Below are positions 14,680 to 23,079 of a stretch of 41,459 nucleotides of DNA, piece after piece (position 1 is the stretch's first letter; each line of letters opens with the position of its first letter). Source of the DNA: Gammaproteobacteria bacterium (GTDB lineage: Bacteria > Pseudomonadota > Gammaproteobacteria > Steroidobacterales > JABDKV01); assembly GCA_013002045.1 (NCBI GenBank), contig JABDKV010000058.1, forward strand, positions 1-41,459, in the 5' to 3' direction. The notes under the pieces are model-generated. The model had not been told where the DNA came from. It saw nothing but the letters and a program-made list of their open reading frames with translations, and did not search any database. The position numbers and the translations under genes were made by a program.

Positions 14680-17514
14680 ATGAGAGCAAGTACCTGGATT
14701 TTTTGCCTGATCGCGGTTGTGGCCGCGAGCGCCCACGCAGAGGTTCGCACCACAGTGCTGCCAAAGCTCGATCGTCAGCAACTGCTGACCGAGGATGCTG
14801 CCGCGCCGGCCGGGCAACCACTGCGTGTTGCAATCGACTACCCGATCGGAACAAAAACGCCCGAACGCCTTGCACGGCAGGCCGATGGGGGTTACCGCTG
14901 GAGCCAGCGGTATCACGTACCCGGTGCCACCGAGCTAAGCCTGGGCTTTGGAGACTTCTGGTTGCCTGACGGTATCAGTGTGCGGGTCTACGACGAGCAG
15001 CGACGCACGATGCGTGGTCCCTACACGTCAGCAGACAATAAACCTCATCGTGAACTGTGGGTGCCTGTTGTGCCCGGCGACACGATGATCGTGGAAATCA
15101 GCGCCAACAAGCCGAAAGGCCAGCCAGTCGAGTTGCAGGCGCCAGCATTGAAGATTATCCAGGTCAATGCCGGTTATCGTGACCTGTTCGGCCTCGAGGG
15201 CAAGCCCGACCTGACACGCGGTGGCCCGGCACCGTGCAATATCGATGTAGTGTGCCCGCAGGCCGACAACTGGCGCGATGAGCTACGTGCCGTGGCCCGC
15301 TATACCATTGTGCTGGGCGGCGGTACCTTCCTGTGTACCGGACAGCTCATTGCCGACGAACCTCGGTCGCTAAATAACCTGTTCCTGACGGCGGATCATT
15401 GCGGACCATCACCGTCGAGCGACCAGACCATGATTTTCTACTGGAATTTCGAATCACCAGCTTGTGGCCAGCTCGGCGGCGGGTCGCTGAGCCAGGCACA
15501 ATCGGGCGCAATTTTTCGTGCCTCCCGTCAGAACGTCGATTTCAGCCTGGTCGAACTGGAAGATGAGCCGTTGCAGGACTGGAATGTCTACTACATCGGC
15601 TGGGATCGGAGCTTCGGTAATATCCCGGGCCTGACTGTCGGGATCCATCATCCCGGCGGTAATGAAAAAATGATCAGCCTCAATACCAACGGCACATTGT
15701 CGCAACAGGTTTGTATTGCAGGAACCAACGATCCCAACGGTTTTATCTTCCTCAGCTGGGAGCAGGGTATTACCGAGCCTGGTTCGTCTGGTTCGGGCCT
15801 GTTTCGAGGGGACAACAAGAAACTGGTCGGTGTCTTGAGTGGCGGTACACAAGGCGCAAATTGTTCCAACGTCGGCTTCGACTGCTACGGACGTTTCGCC
15901 AGCGCCTGGGACGGCAGCACTGCCTCGACCCGGTTGCGGGACTGGCTCGATCCCAACGGCACCGACGCCGTCATGGTCGATGGTTTCGACCCCAATGTCG
16001 GTATCTGTGGCGATGCCGTCGTTGTCGGCGCTGAGAATTGTGACGATGGTAATGTGCAGTCCGGTGACGGCTGCTCAGCGAGTTGCCAGGTAGAAGCCGG
16101 CTTCGCCTGCACGTTGCCGGTGAGCACGGCTGGACTGCGTGATGGCAGCTTCGAAGGCGGTACCCCGAATCCGGACTGGCATGAGTTCTCCATGAATAAC
16201 GACGAGATACTGTGCACCGGGCCCGGATGTAGCGGCGGGTTGGCCGAGGATGGCTCGTGGTTTGCCTGGTTTGGTCGTGCCAGCAATGAGGCCGAAGTCG
16301 GGTTTCTCGAGCAGACATTAATCATCCCGGTCGACGCGACGACTTTTGCTATGCAGGTGGTGGCGCCAATCTGTGACAGCGCCAATGACCTGCTACGGGT
16401 GACGATAGATGACAGCCCGATCATTCAGATCGATGGTGACGATCTGGATTTCTGCCCCACATTTGCCTATGTGCCGGTCAGTGGCGACGTGACGCCCTTC
16501 GCGGATGGCGGTGTGCACGTGCTGCGCATCGAGGCGCAGCAACACCTGCAGGGTGGGTCGAGTACGGATTTCTTCATCGACTCGCTGGCCCTTGACGGCA
16601 GTACTGGCGGTGACGGCACCCCCAGTATTTGTACGCCCTTACCTGAGACCTGTTTTGCAGACGATTTCAGTGCTGGTCTGGGAAACTGGACGACTTTTGC
16701 GACCGGCGCCAATCCGGCAGGCTGGGGCATTACTAACGATGGTACCTGCAACAGTAATCCTGCCACCCCAGACGGTAACTTCACCAGTGGCAGTGGCGAC
16801 GCCGCCTGTGTTGACGCCGACGCCGCCGGACCCGGGGTGATAGATGCTTATCTGTGCGGACCGTCACTGAACTTTGGCACTATTGTCGATCCACGACTGG
16901 TTTTTGATTACAGCTACCAGATCGACGGTGTGCCCGACAGCGACGACCTGTTGGCCGTGCTCGTCGGCAATGCACCTCCCGGTGCCGCGACCATCGGCGG
17001 TTACACTGCTGTGTGGGACCGCACAATAGATGCCGGTGCCGAATTCAATGTGCCGGGCTTCGATGCAGATTTGCCGCTCGACAGCTTCACCGGCCAATCG
17101 GTGCACGTGTGTTTCCGATACCGCGCCGACGATGACTGGTATGCACAAATCGACAACGTCGCGGTGCGCGCCAGCCAATGCGAATCCGCAATAGATACCG
17201 ACAATGATGGTATTGCCGACCCGCTGGATAACTGTGTGCTGCTTGCCAACGCAGGCCAGGCTGACAGTGACGGCGACAATATCGGCAATGCCTGCGATGC
17301 CGACCTCGCACCACAACCCAACGACTGTATCGTGAACTTTGCCGATCTGAATGCGCTGAAGAATGCGTTTTTCTCAAATCCGCAATCACCGTCGTGGAAT
17401 GCCGATGCGGACTTCAATGACGATCAGCAGGTCAATTTCATCGACCTCAATATCATGAAGCAGGGTTTTTTCGGGGCGCCCGGGCCAAGTGGATTGCCGA
17501 ACGACTGTAGCTGA
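14680..17514 (+). CDS. Secreted S1 (lysyl-endopeptidase/Achromobacter protease I-like) serine protease with Cys-rich repeat, two jelly-roll-like domains, TSP3 repeats and dockerin-like C-terminus
   Basis: AGGAGG 7 nt before ATG 14680. Signal peptide MRASTWIFCLIAVVAASAHA. LTADHCG (His), NVDFSLVELE (Asp), TEPGSSGSGLF (Ser), RLRDWLDP as in Lys-C. CGDAVVVGAENCDDGNVQSGDGCSASC Cys-rich repeat. Tail DTDNDGIADPLDNC...DSDGDNIGNACD + two dockerin-like segments. Confidence 0.88.
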   Translation: MRASTWIFCLIAVVAASAHAEVRTTVLPKLDRQQLLTEDAAAPAGQPLRVAIDYPIGTKTPERLARQADGGYRWSQRYHVPGATELSLGFGDFWLPDGISVRVYDEQRRTMRGPYTSADNKPHRELWVPVVPGDTMIVEISANKPKGQPVELQAPALKIIQVNAGYRDLFGLEGKPDLTRGGPAPCNIDVVCPQADNWRDELRAVARYTIVLGGGTFLCTGQLIADEPRSLNNLFLTADHCGPSPSSDQTMIFYWNFESPACGQLGGGSLSQAQSGAIFRASRQNVDFSLVELEDEPLQDWNVYYIGWDRSFGNIPGLTVGIHHPGGNEKMISLNTNGTLSQQVCIAGTNDPNGFIFLSWEQGITEPGSSGSGLFRGDNKKLVGVLSGGTQGANCSNVGFDCYGRFASAWDGSTASTRLRDWLDPNGTDAVMVDGFDPNVGICGDAVVVGAENCDDGNVQSGDGCSASCQVEAGFACTLPVSTAGLRDGSFEGGTPNPDWHEFSMNNDEILCTGPGCSGGLAEDGSWFAWFGRASNEAEVGFLEQTLIIPVDATTFAMQVVAPICDSANDLLRVTIDDSPIIQIDGDDLDFCPTFAYVPVSGDVTPFADGGVHVLRIEAQQHLQGGSSTDFFIDSLALDGSTGGDGTPSICTPLPETCFADDFSAGLGNWTTFATGANPAGWGITNDGTCNSNPATPDGNFTSGSGDAACVDADAAGPGVIDAYLCGPSLNFGTIVDPRLVFDYSYQIDGVPDSDDLLAVLVGNAPPGAATIGGYTAVWDRTIDAGAEFNVPGFDADLPLDSFTGQSVHVCFRYRADDDWYAQIDNVAVRASQCESAIDTDNDGIADPLDNCVLLANAGQADSDGDNIGNACDADLAPQPNDCIVNFADLNALKNAFFSNPQSPSWNADADFNDDQQVNFIDLNIMKQGFFGAPGPSGLPNDCS

Positions 17515-17621
17515 CATGGATTTCTGAGCGGGAAATGAACTGGGGAAGGCAAGGATGCTGACATAATGAACCGCTGGCGTGACCTGTCCACCGCGACCGT
17601 ATAGCAAGCTAGAATAGGCTT

Positions 17622-19223
17622 ATGCACGGATCACTCGGTGTTTCCACGTCGGCCTTCCGCTCCCTGCCGGACCCGGCATTGCTGTACCTGTCTGACCAGC
17701 ACGCGCGCGCGCTGGCCTTCATCGACCTGTCGCTTCGCTATCCCGGATGTATGAGCGTGCTCATTGCCGAGCGCGGCTGCGGTAAGACCATCCTGGTCAG
17801 TACTGCGCTGGCCGCCGCCGTACGACCTGTCGAGGTGGTGCAACTCGATGCCGCCGGATTGACCGCCAGGGACATCCTGCAACAGGTACAGGCGCAATTA
17901 ATCAGCAGTGAGCCTGGCGATTCCGTCTTACCAGGATTGACGGCGGTCCGCGCGACACTCGCCAGGCGGGGTGATCTGGTCGTACTGGTTATCGACAATG
18001 CACATCGGATCGATGTGGCGCTATTCGAAACGATCAACGCCATGACGCGGGGCGATGACGGCGCCGGCCGACTCAGCCTGGTCCTGATCGGCGAGCCCGG
18101 GCTCGATGTGCTGGTGCATACCCTCGATCGCAGTCTGCTGGAAAACTGGACGACACTGGTGGCGCACGTTCACCCGCTGAATCTCCAGGATGTGCAGCAA
18201 TATGTCATGCAACGCTTACGGGCCGATGGCAGTGAGAACCCCGGAGAACTGGTTGCAGACGAGGTGTTTCCGCTTCTGCATAGTCTGAGCGAGGGCATAC
18301 CTGCCAGGATCAATGCGATCTGCGAGGTGGCTACCCGTCTCGCGCATGAATCGGGGGCTCGCATGATCGCGGTAGAGCATGTGCATGCAGCTGCGATCCA
18401 GCTTGGTGTCGGCGTCGCGGACGGTACCGAACTGGCGCTGGTGCACAACACCGCTGTACCGAGCCTCAGTATTGCGCGTGACGACGAAACGCTAAGAGTC
18501 CATCCACTCGACCAGGAAAGGACGATGATCGGTCGTGGCAGGGACAACGAGATCACCATCGATGCGCCGTACGTCAGTCGTCACCATGCACTGATCGTCC
18601 GCGATGAGCGCGGTTTCTGGCTATTCGATATGAATAGCACTAACGGCACCCTTGTTAATGGTCAGCGGGTATTACAGCGACAATATCTTTATCCCGGTGA
18701 TCAGATCCGTATCGGGCGACACCAGATGACTTTTTTTGGACCGCGACAGGAACGCGCCACCGGGGCTGCCGAATTGCGCGATGACCGAAGTCACGCACAG
18801 ACCATGGTTGATACCCATACCGGCGATGCACAGAGTGCCCTGGAGCAGATCGAGCTACGGCTGCAACACAATCCGGACCTGATAGAGCTGAAGTTCGAAC
18901 GTGGCTGCCTGCTGAGTGATCTTGGGCGAGCCGAGGATGCCATTGAGCAGTTCCGTGCAATTACCGAGAGCGACGAATCGACGGCCGAGGCTCATAACAA
19001 CCTTGCAGTCCTGTTTGCCAACAGCGGCGAGTTGCACCAGGCACGTGCCGAGCTTGAGCAGGCCCTGGTAATCGATCCCGACTACAATCGGGCTCGCGAG
19101 AACCTCGGCAATGTGCTGCTACACCTGGCACTGGAGCAATTCGACCTGGCGATGCTGCAACCGGTGGATCCGCAGTCATGCCAGATCAAACGCCTGACTC
19201 TGAGTCGATTGCTCGGGAGCTAG
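17622..19223 (+). CDS. ExeA-like AAA+ domain / FHA domain / TPR fusion protein
   Basis: The N-terminus FRSLPDPALLYLSDQHARAL parallels the ATPase at 5440. Walker A ERGCGKT, Walker B VLVIDNAH. FHA motifs GRGRDNEITI...SRHHALI...STNGTLVNG. C-terminal TPR (AEAHNNLAVLFANSGELHQA...ALVIDPDY). Confidence 0.8.
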   Translation: MHGSLGVSTSAFRSLPDPALLYLSDQHARALAFIDLSLRYPGCMSVLIAERGCGKTILVSTALAAAVRPVEVVQLDAAGLTARDILQQVQAQLISSEPGDSVLPGLTAVRATLARRGDLVVLVIDNAHRIDVALFETINAMTRGDDGAGRLSLVLIGEPGLDVLVHTLDRSLLENWTTLVAHVHPLNLQDVQQYVMQRLRADGSENPGELVADEVFPLLHSLSEGIPARINAICEVATRLAHESGARMIAVEHVHAAAIQLGVGVADGTELALVHNTAVPSLSIARDDETLRVHPLDQERTMIGRGRDNEITIDAPYVSRHHALIVRDERGFWLFDMNSTNGTLVNGQRVLQRQYLYPGDQIRIGRHQMTFFGPRQERATGAAELRDDRSHAQTMVDTHTGDAQSALEQIELRLQHNPDLIELKFERGCLLSDLGRAEDAIEQFRAITESDESTAEAHNNLAVLFANSGELHQARAELEQALVIDPDYNRARENLGNVLLHLALEQFDLAMLQPVDPQSCQIKRLTLSRLLGS

Positions 19224-19388
19224 GCCGGTTGCTTTCATCGTCAAGCCATGGACGCTATAGGAAAAATTAGATAAATCAGTAATATATAGTGTTTTTATCA
19301 ATTGTCTCTAAGGATCGAAATCTGTTGATCCCAGGTTTCGTCATGGCGGCACCTTGAATCCCTGCATGCGACCCCCGATATTGCCTAC

Positions 19389-19688
19389 ATGAATTACCAT
19401 CGTTTGCCGTCGCCTCAGCCCTCACTGCTCCAGCGCGCCATTGCCGCGGTGGTCGGTGCGGTGGTGCTGGCTGGCCTGTTCATCGTTGGCGTGTTCGCCT
19501 CAGTGGTGCTGGCCGGCGCCGCACTGGTAGGTGGGATAGCGCTGTCAATCTGGGTCTGGCGGCAACGCCGCCAGTTTGAGAGATTCAGGGCTGCGCACGA
19601 AGAAAAGCTGCGTCAGGCCATGGGTGAAGCTGGTGACAGCGATGCAATCGAAGGTGAGTTTGTCGTGCGCGAACGGCGCAAACACTAA
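19389..19688 (+). CDS. Small two-TM membrane protein, hypothetical
   Basis: Two hydrophobic helices (AIAAVVGAVVLAGLFIVGVFASVVLAGAALVGGIALSIWVW) and a charged tail. No recognisable family. Confidence 0.5.
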   Translation: MNYHRLPSPQPSLLQRAIAAVVGAVVLAGLFIVGVFASVVLAGAALVGGIALSIWVWRQRRQFERFRAAHEEKLRQAMGEAGDSDAIEGEFVVRERRKH

Positions 19689-19693
19689 GGGCC

Positions 19694-19978
19694 TTAATCT
19701 GTCACTTCGACGCCACGCCAGAACGCCACCCGACAACAGATGTTTTTAGCCGCGTCTTTAGGATTGGGGTAATACCAGGCGGCAGCCGGGTTGGTGTTGC
19801 CGTCCACCACGACGTCGTAGTAGCTCGCGGTACCTTTCCATGGACAGGTGGTGTGATAGGCGCTGTCCTTGAAATGCTCTCGGTTGAGGCTTTCGGCGGG
19901 AAAATAATGATTGCCTTCGACGACGATGGTGTCGTCACTATGTGCCAGTACAGCGCCGTTCCAGGTGGCTTTAGGCAT
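19694..19978 (-). CDS. DUF427 domain protein
   Basis: MPKATWNGAVLAHSDDTIVVEGNHYFP...CPWKGTASYYDVVV. The internal ATG at 19978 is chosen; the longer track ORF overlaps trmH. Confidence 0.75.
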   Translation of the reverse strand: MPKATWNGAVLAHSDDTIVVEGNHYFPAESLNREHFKDSAYHTTCPWKGTASYYDVVVDGNTNPAAAWYYPNPKDAAKNICCRVAFWRGVEVTD

Positions 19979-20657
19979 GCGGCAAATCTCCTGTGCGCAA
20001 CGTGAAGGTGTTTTCGACAATACTGCCATCATCGGCGAGGCGTGGGTAGGGCACGCCAAGCTGGCGGCAGCGGTGGGCGATCCTTGGGTAGCCCCATTCG
20101 AACAGCAACCGATCATACGTCTGGCGATCGAGACGACAGCGATCATAGAGTCCGGCGCGTTCACGTTGCCGCAGGGCTTCGTACAAGACCAGTGCGGCGG
20201 CAACCGAAACGTTCAACGATTCGACCAGGCCTTTCATGGGAATGCGGATGTGCTGGTCTGCCAGTTGGGCAGCCGTCGCGCTGACGCCAAAAAGTTCGCT
20301 GCCAACAATAATCGCGCAAGGCTGGGTGTAGTCCACTTCGCGAAAGTCGACGGCTGATGGGGAAAGGTGTGCTGCAAGCAACCGCAAACCGTTGCTGCGC
20401 AGTTGCGCCAGTGCATCCGACTCGCTGGCATGACGAATCACGGGTACGCGCTTGTGCGATCCGGCCGAAACCATATGATGCCGCCGCACCGGCTCGTCGG
20501 CCACGGCATGCAACTCGCTGACACCGACCGCATCACATGTGCGTAATAACGCGGCGATGTTGTGCGTCTTTTGCGTATTCTCGGCCAGCAAAGTCAGGTC
20601 CGGCTGTCGTCGGTCCAGGGCCCTGCGCAGTATGGCCAGCCGTTGCGGTGTCACCAA
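19971..20657 (-). CDS. trmH: tRNA (guanosine(18)-2'-O)-methyltransferase, SpoU family
   Basis: Collinear with E. coli TrmH as recalled: RRQPDLT, HN..A..RT.DAVGV.E.HAV, DFRE.DYT.P, IPM.G.V.SLNVSVA.AL.LYEA.RQR. TTG start (GTG at 20654 is an alternative). Confidence 0.85.
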   Translation of the reverse strand: MVTPQRLAILRRALDRRQPDLTLLAENTQKTHNIAALLRTCDAVGVSELHAVADEPVRRHHMVSAGSHKRVPVIRHASESDALAQLRSNGLRLLAAHLSPSAVDFREVDYTQPCAIIVGSELFGVSATAAQLADQHIRIPMKGLVESLNVSVAAALVLYEALRQRERAGLYDRCRLDRQTYDRLLFEWGYPRIAHRCRQLGVPYPRLADDGSIVENTFTLRTGDLPHA

Positions 20658-20680
20658 CCGCCCTCGTGTAAACTGCAGTG

Positions 20681-21094
20681 ATGATCTACCAGGATTCTTT
20701 GTACATCGAAACGGCGGGACGTGGCACTATCGACATCACCAGCGACGTCCAGCATCGGGTGGCAGAATCCGATGTCGATGCGGCCCTGTGCAATGTTTTT
20801 GTCGCCCACACCAGCGCCTCGTTGATGCTTTGTGAGAATGCTGATCCCGATGTGCGTGTCGACCTCGAGACCTTTATGTCCGCACTGGTGCCCGATGGTG
20901 ACTCGCGTTTTATTCATACCGCCGAGGGACCCGACGATATGCCGGCGCACGTGCGCTCGATCCTGACCACTAATTCTCTTAGTGTTCCGGTCAGTGCGGG
21001 CCGGCTGGCACTGGGCACCTGGCAGGGTGTCTACCTGTGGGAGCATCGTCACCGTCCGCATCGGCGCCGCGTCACGATTACCGTCTACTCCTGA
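20681..21094 (+). CDS. yjbQ: YjbQ/UPF0047 family protein (secondary thiamine-phosphate synthase-like)
   Basis: IDITSDV...NVFVAHTSASL.L.ENADPDVR.DL...GPDDMPAH....L...SL..PV..G.L.LGTWQG.YL.EHR. Confidence 0.8.
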   Translation: MIYQDSLYIETAGRGTIDITSDVQHRVAESDVDAALCNVFVAHTSASLMLCENADPDVRVDLETFMSALVPDGDSRFIHTAEGPDDMPAHVRSILTTNSLSVPVSAGRLALGTWQGVYLWEHRHRPHRRRVTITVYS

Positions 21095-21543
21095 GCGGCC
21101 GTCGCCATGACCCGGCGAAAAAAAGCTTCGTGCTTTGCAATCATGAAATCCGCCTGGATGGCATCGGCGATTTTTCCTTCTGCGTCGATCAGAAAACTTG
21201 CCCGTCGCACCCCGAAACCGAGAGGTCCGTCGACATCATAGGCGTGCACGGCCTGCTTGTCGGGATCGGCAAGCAGGGTGAACGGCAGTTCGTGCTCGGT
21301 AGCGAAACGTCGGTGACTGTCACTGTCCTGCGGGCTGATGCCAACGACTCGCAATCCGGAGTTGACGATGTCATCGTGCATGTCACGCAGTGAGCACGCT
21401 TCACGGGTGCAACCAGGTGTGAAATCGGCCGGATAGAAGTACAACAGGAACGCCCCGTCAGCCAGCAACGAGGCCAGGCTAACCTCGTTTCCATCCTGGT
21501 CGCTCAAAACGAACTGCGGTGCATCGCTTCCAATTGCGATCAT
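21085..21543 (-). CDS. bcp: Peroxiredoxin, Bcp-type thiol peroxidase
   Basis: GSDAPQFVLSDQDGNEVSL...LLYFYPADFTPGCTREACSLRD. Its 3' end overlaps the yjbQ 3' end by 10 nt (convergent). Confidence 0.85.
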   Translation of the reverse strand: MIAIGSDAPQFVLSDQDGNEVSLASLLADGAFLLYFYPADFTPGCTREACSLRDMHDDIVNSGLRVVGISPQDSDSHRRFATEHELPFTLLADPDKQAVHAYDVDGPLGFGVRRASFLIDAEGKIADAIQADFMIAKHEAFFRRVMATAAQE

Positions 21544-21586
21544 GCCTGGACTCCGCGTATACGGCAGGCTGGTTCGAGGTGGCGAA

Positions 21587-22057
21587 TCATGCTGATACCT
21601 CACTGGCGATTTCAATTTCGAGCACCCGGTATCGGCTATCGTGCATGCCGCGGGCGAGATAGGTTTGCTGCGCCTGGCGATTACTGTCGTGGACGTAAAG
21701 TCGCAGGCCGCAGACGTCGTCGCGTTCGCGGACCAGTTGCATCACGTGATCGTAAAGGGCAGAAAACACACCCAGGCGCCGCGCCGCCGGTCGTACATAG
21801 ACACTCTGAAACCACCAGAACCAGCCATCGCGCCAGTCGCTCCATTCGTAAGTCACGGCCAGCTGGCCGACAATGTCGCCACCGCGCTCGGCAACAAAAT
21901 AGCGGCCATAGCGTGCCGGGTCCGACAGCATCGTTGTTACGCCGGCCGCCAGCCGGTCGCTGTCGAGTTGCCTGTCTTCTGTCTCCTCGGCAAGCCGTGC
22001 GTTGAAGTCGGTTATCAATGCAGCATCGGCCGGCGTTGCGTCACGTATCGTAATCAT
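21587..22057 (-). CDS. GNAT family N-acetyltransferase
   Basis: 156 aa. The acetyl-CoA-binding-type segment VYVRPAARRLGVFSALY fits the GNAT Q/R-x-x-G-x-G/A motif. Confidence 0.75.
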   Translation of the reverse strand: MITIRDATPADAALITDFNARLAEETEDRQLDSDRLAAGVTTMLSDPARYGRYFVAERGGDIVGQLAVTYEWSDWRDGWFWWFQSVYVRPAARRLGVFSALYDHVMQLVRERDDVCGLRLYVHDSNRQAQQTYLARGMHDSRYRVLEIEIASEVSA

Positions 22058-22152
22058 CGGCGGATACTAGCATCGACCCGTGCCGCCGGCAGCCGCTGGC
22101 GCTGGTAGCTGCGGCAACAGTGCACTATTCCCGGTAGAATCCCGTTGCTGGC

Positions 22153-22229
22153 GCCCCGGTAGCTCAGTTGGATAGAGCGTCGGATTCCTAATCCGAAGGC
22201 CCCAGGTTCGAATCCTGGTCGGGGCACCA
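22153..22229 (+). tRNA. tRNA-Arg (anticodon CCT)
   Basis: Acceptor GCCCCGG/TCGGGGC, D-arm TAGCTCAGTTGGATAGAGC, anticodon loop TTCCTAA, T-loop GGTTCGAATCC, encoded CCA. Confidence 0.92.
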
Positions 22230-22232
22230 ACC

Positions 22233-23066
22233 CTAGCGTCGCAGGTCTCCCGGTATACCGTCGGGAAAGACCTCGCTAATAGCCAGCTCGATCCGGGCGA
22301 CCCGGTTGGAGTAGTTGGGGTGGGTGCGATACCAGCCCGGTGTTTGTGAACCACCCGAGCTGGACTCGAGAATCTCCATGACACGCAGCAGCGCCCGCGG
22401 GTCGTAGCCGGCTTCAGCCATGAACCGTACCCCGAGCATGTCAGATTGCAGTTCGTCCTCGCGGCCATAACGCAGGTTGATCAGCTGACCGACCATCTGC
22501 GCAATCTGTGCCTCGGATGCACCGCCGCCACTGGCAATCAACACACCGCCAGTCAATCCGTTGGTCAGTTTCTGCTTGGCCAGTCGTTCCGACGCATGGC
22601 GCGCCACGACGTGGCCGACCTCGTGCCCCAGCACCCCGGCGAGTTCGCCCTCGGTTTCGAAGCGGTCGTACAGCGCCTCGGTAATGAAGATCTGACCACC
22701 GGGCAGGGCAAAGGCATTGACGAGATCGTCGTCGGCGAGCAGATGAAAGTCGAATTGCCAGGGGGTCTCGGCGGCGGCCGTGTTGTCGACGATACGGTGC
22801 CCGACTTCGTCGACCAGGGCCTGGGCCCGCTTATCGGGTGACAGCCCGCCGTGCTGTTGCGCCATTTCCGGTGCCGCTTGCAGTCCTATCGCGATCTCTT
22901 CAGAGGCGGTCATCGCGATTTGCTGTTTCTCGCCGGTCACCGGGTTGAATTCGGTTGAGCATTGATAGGTGATGAAGGCAAACAGCGCAAACAACGCCCC
23001 GATTACCAGCCGGGTCGGGGTGAAGCGCGAGCGGCTGCGACGTCGATTGTTGAATACCAGCGTCAT
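22233..23066 (-). CDS. M48 family zinc metalloprotease, membrane anchored
   Basis: HEXXH in LGHEVGHVVARH. N-terminal TM LVIGALFALFAFITY. Start taken at MTLVFNNRRR (ATG 23066). Confidence 0.8.
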   Translation of the reverse strand: MTLVFNNRRRSRSRFTPTRLVIGALFALFAFITYQCSTEFNPVTGEKQQIAMTASEEIAIGLQAAPEMAQQHGGLSPDKRAQALVDEVGHRIVDNTAAAETPWQFDFHLLADDDLVNAFALPGGQIFITEALYDRFETEGELAGVLGHEVGHVVARHASERLAKQKLTNGLTGGVLIASGGGASEAQIAQMVGQLINLRYGREDELQSDMLGVRFMAEAGYDPRALLRVMEILESSSGGSQTPGWYRTHPNYSNRVARIELAISEVFPDGIPGDLRR

Positions 23067-23079
23067 GACAGTACCGGCT

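Noticed and set aside
502-19223. Genomic island integrated at tRNA-Ser, spanning the EPS core and the accessory module.
   Set aside because: The window contains no integrase, transposase, phage gene or direct repeat of the tRNA 3' end. Only the REP elements and the AT-rich spacer hint at modularity, so a mobile element cannot be called.
19694-20203. 169-aa version of the DUF427 ORF.
   Set aside because: The upstream 75 codons overlap the trmH coding sequence in another frame. The conserved DUF427 sequence begins at the internal Met (19978).
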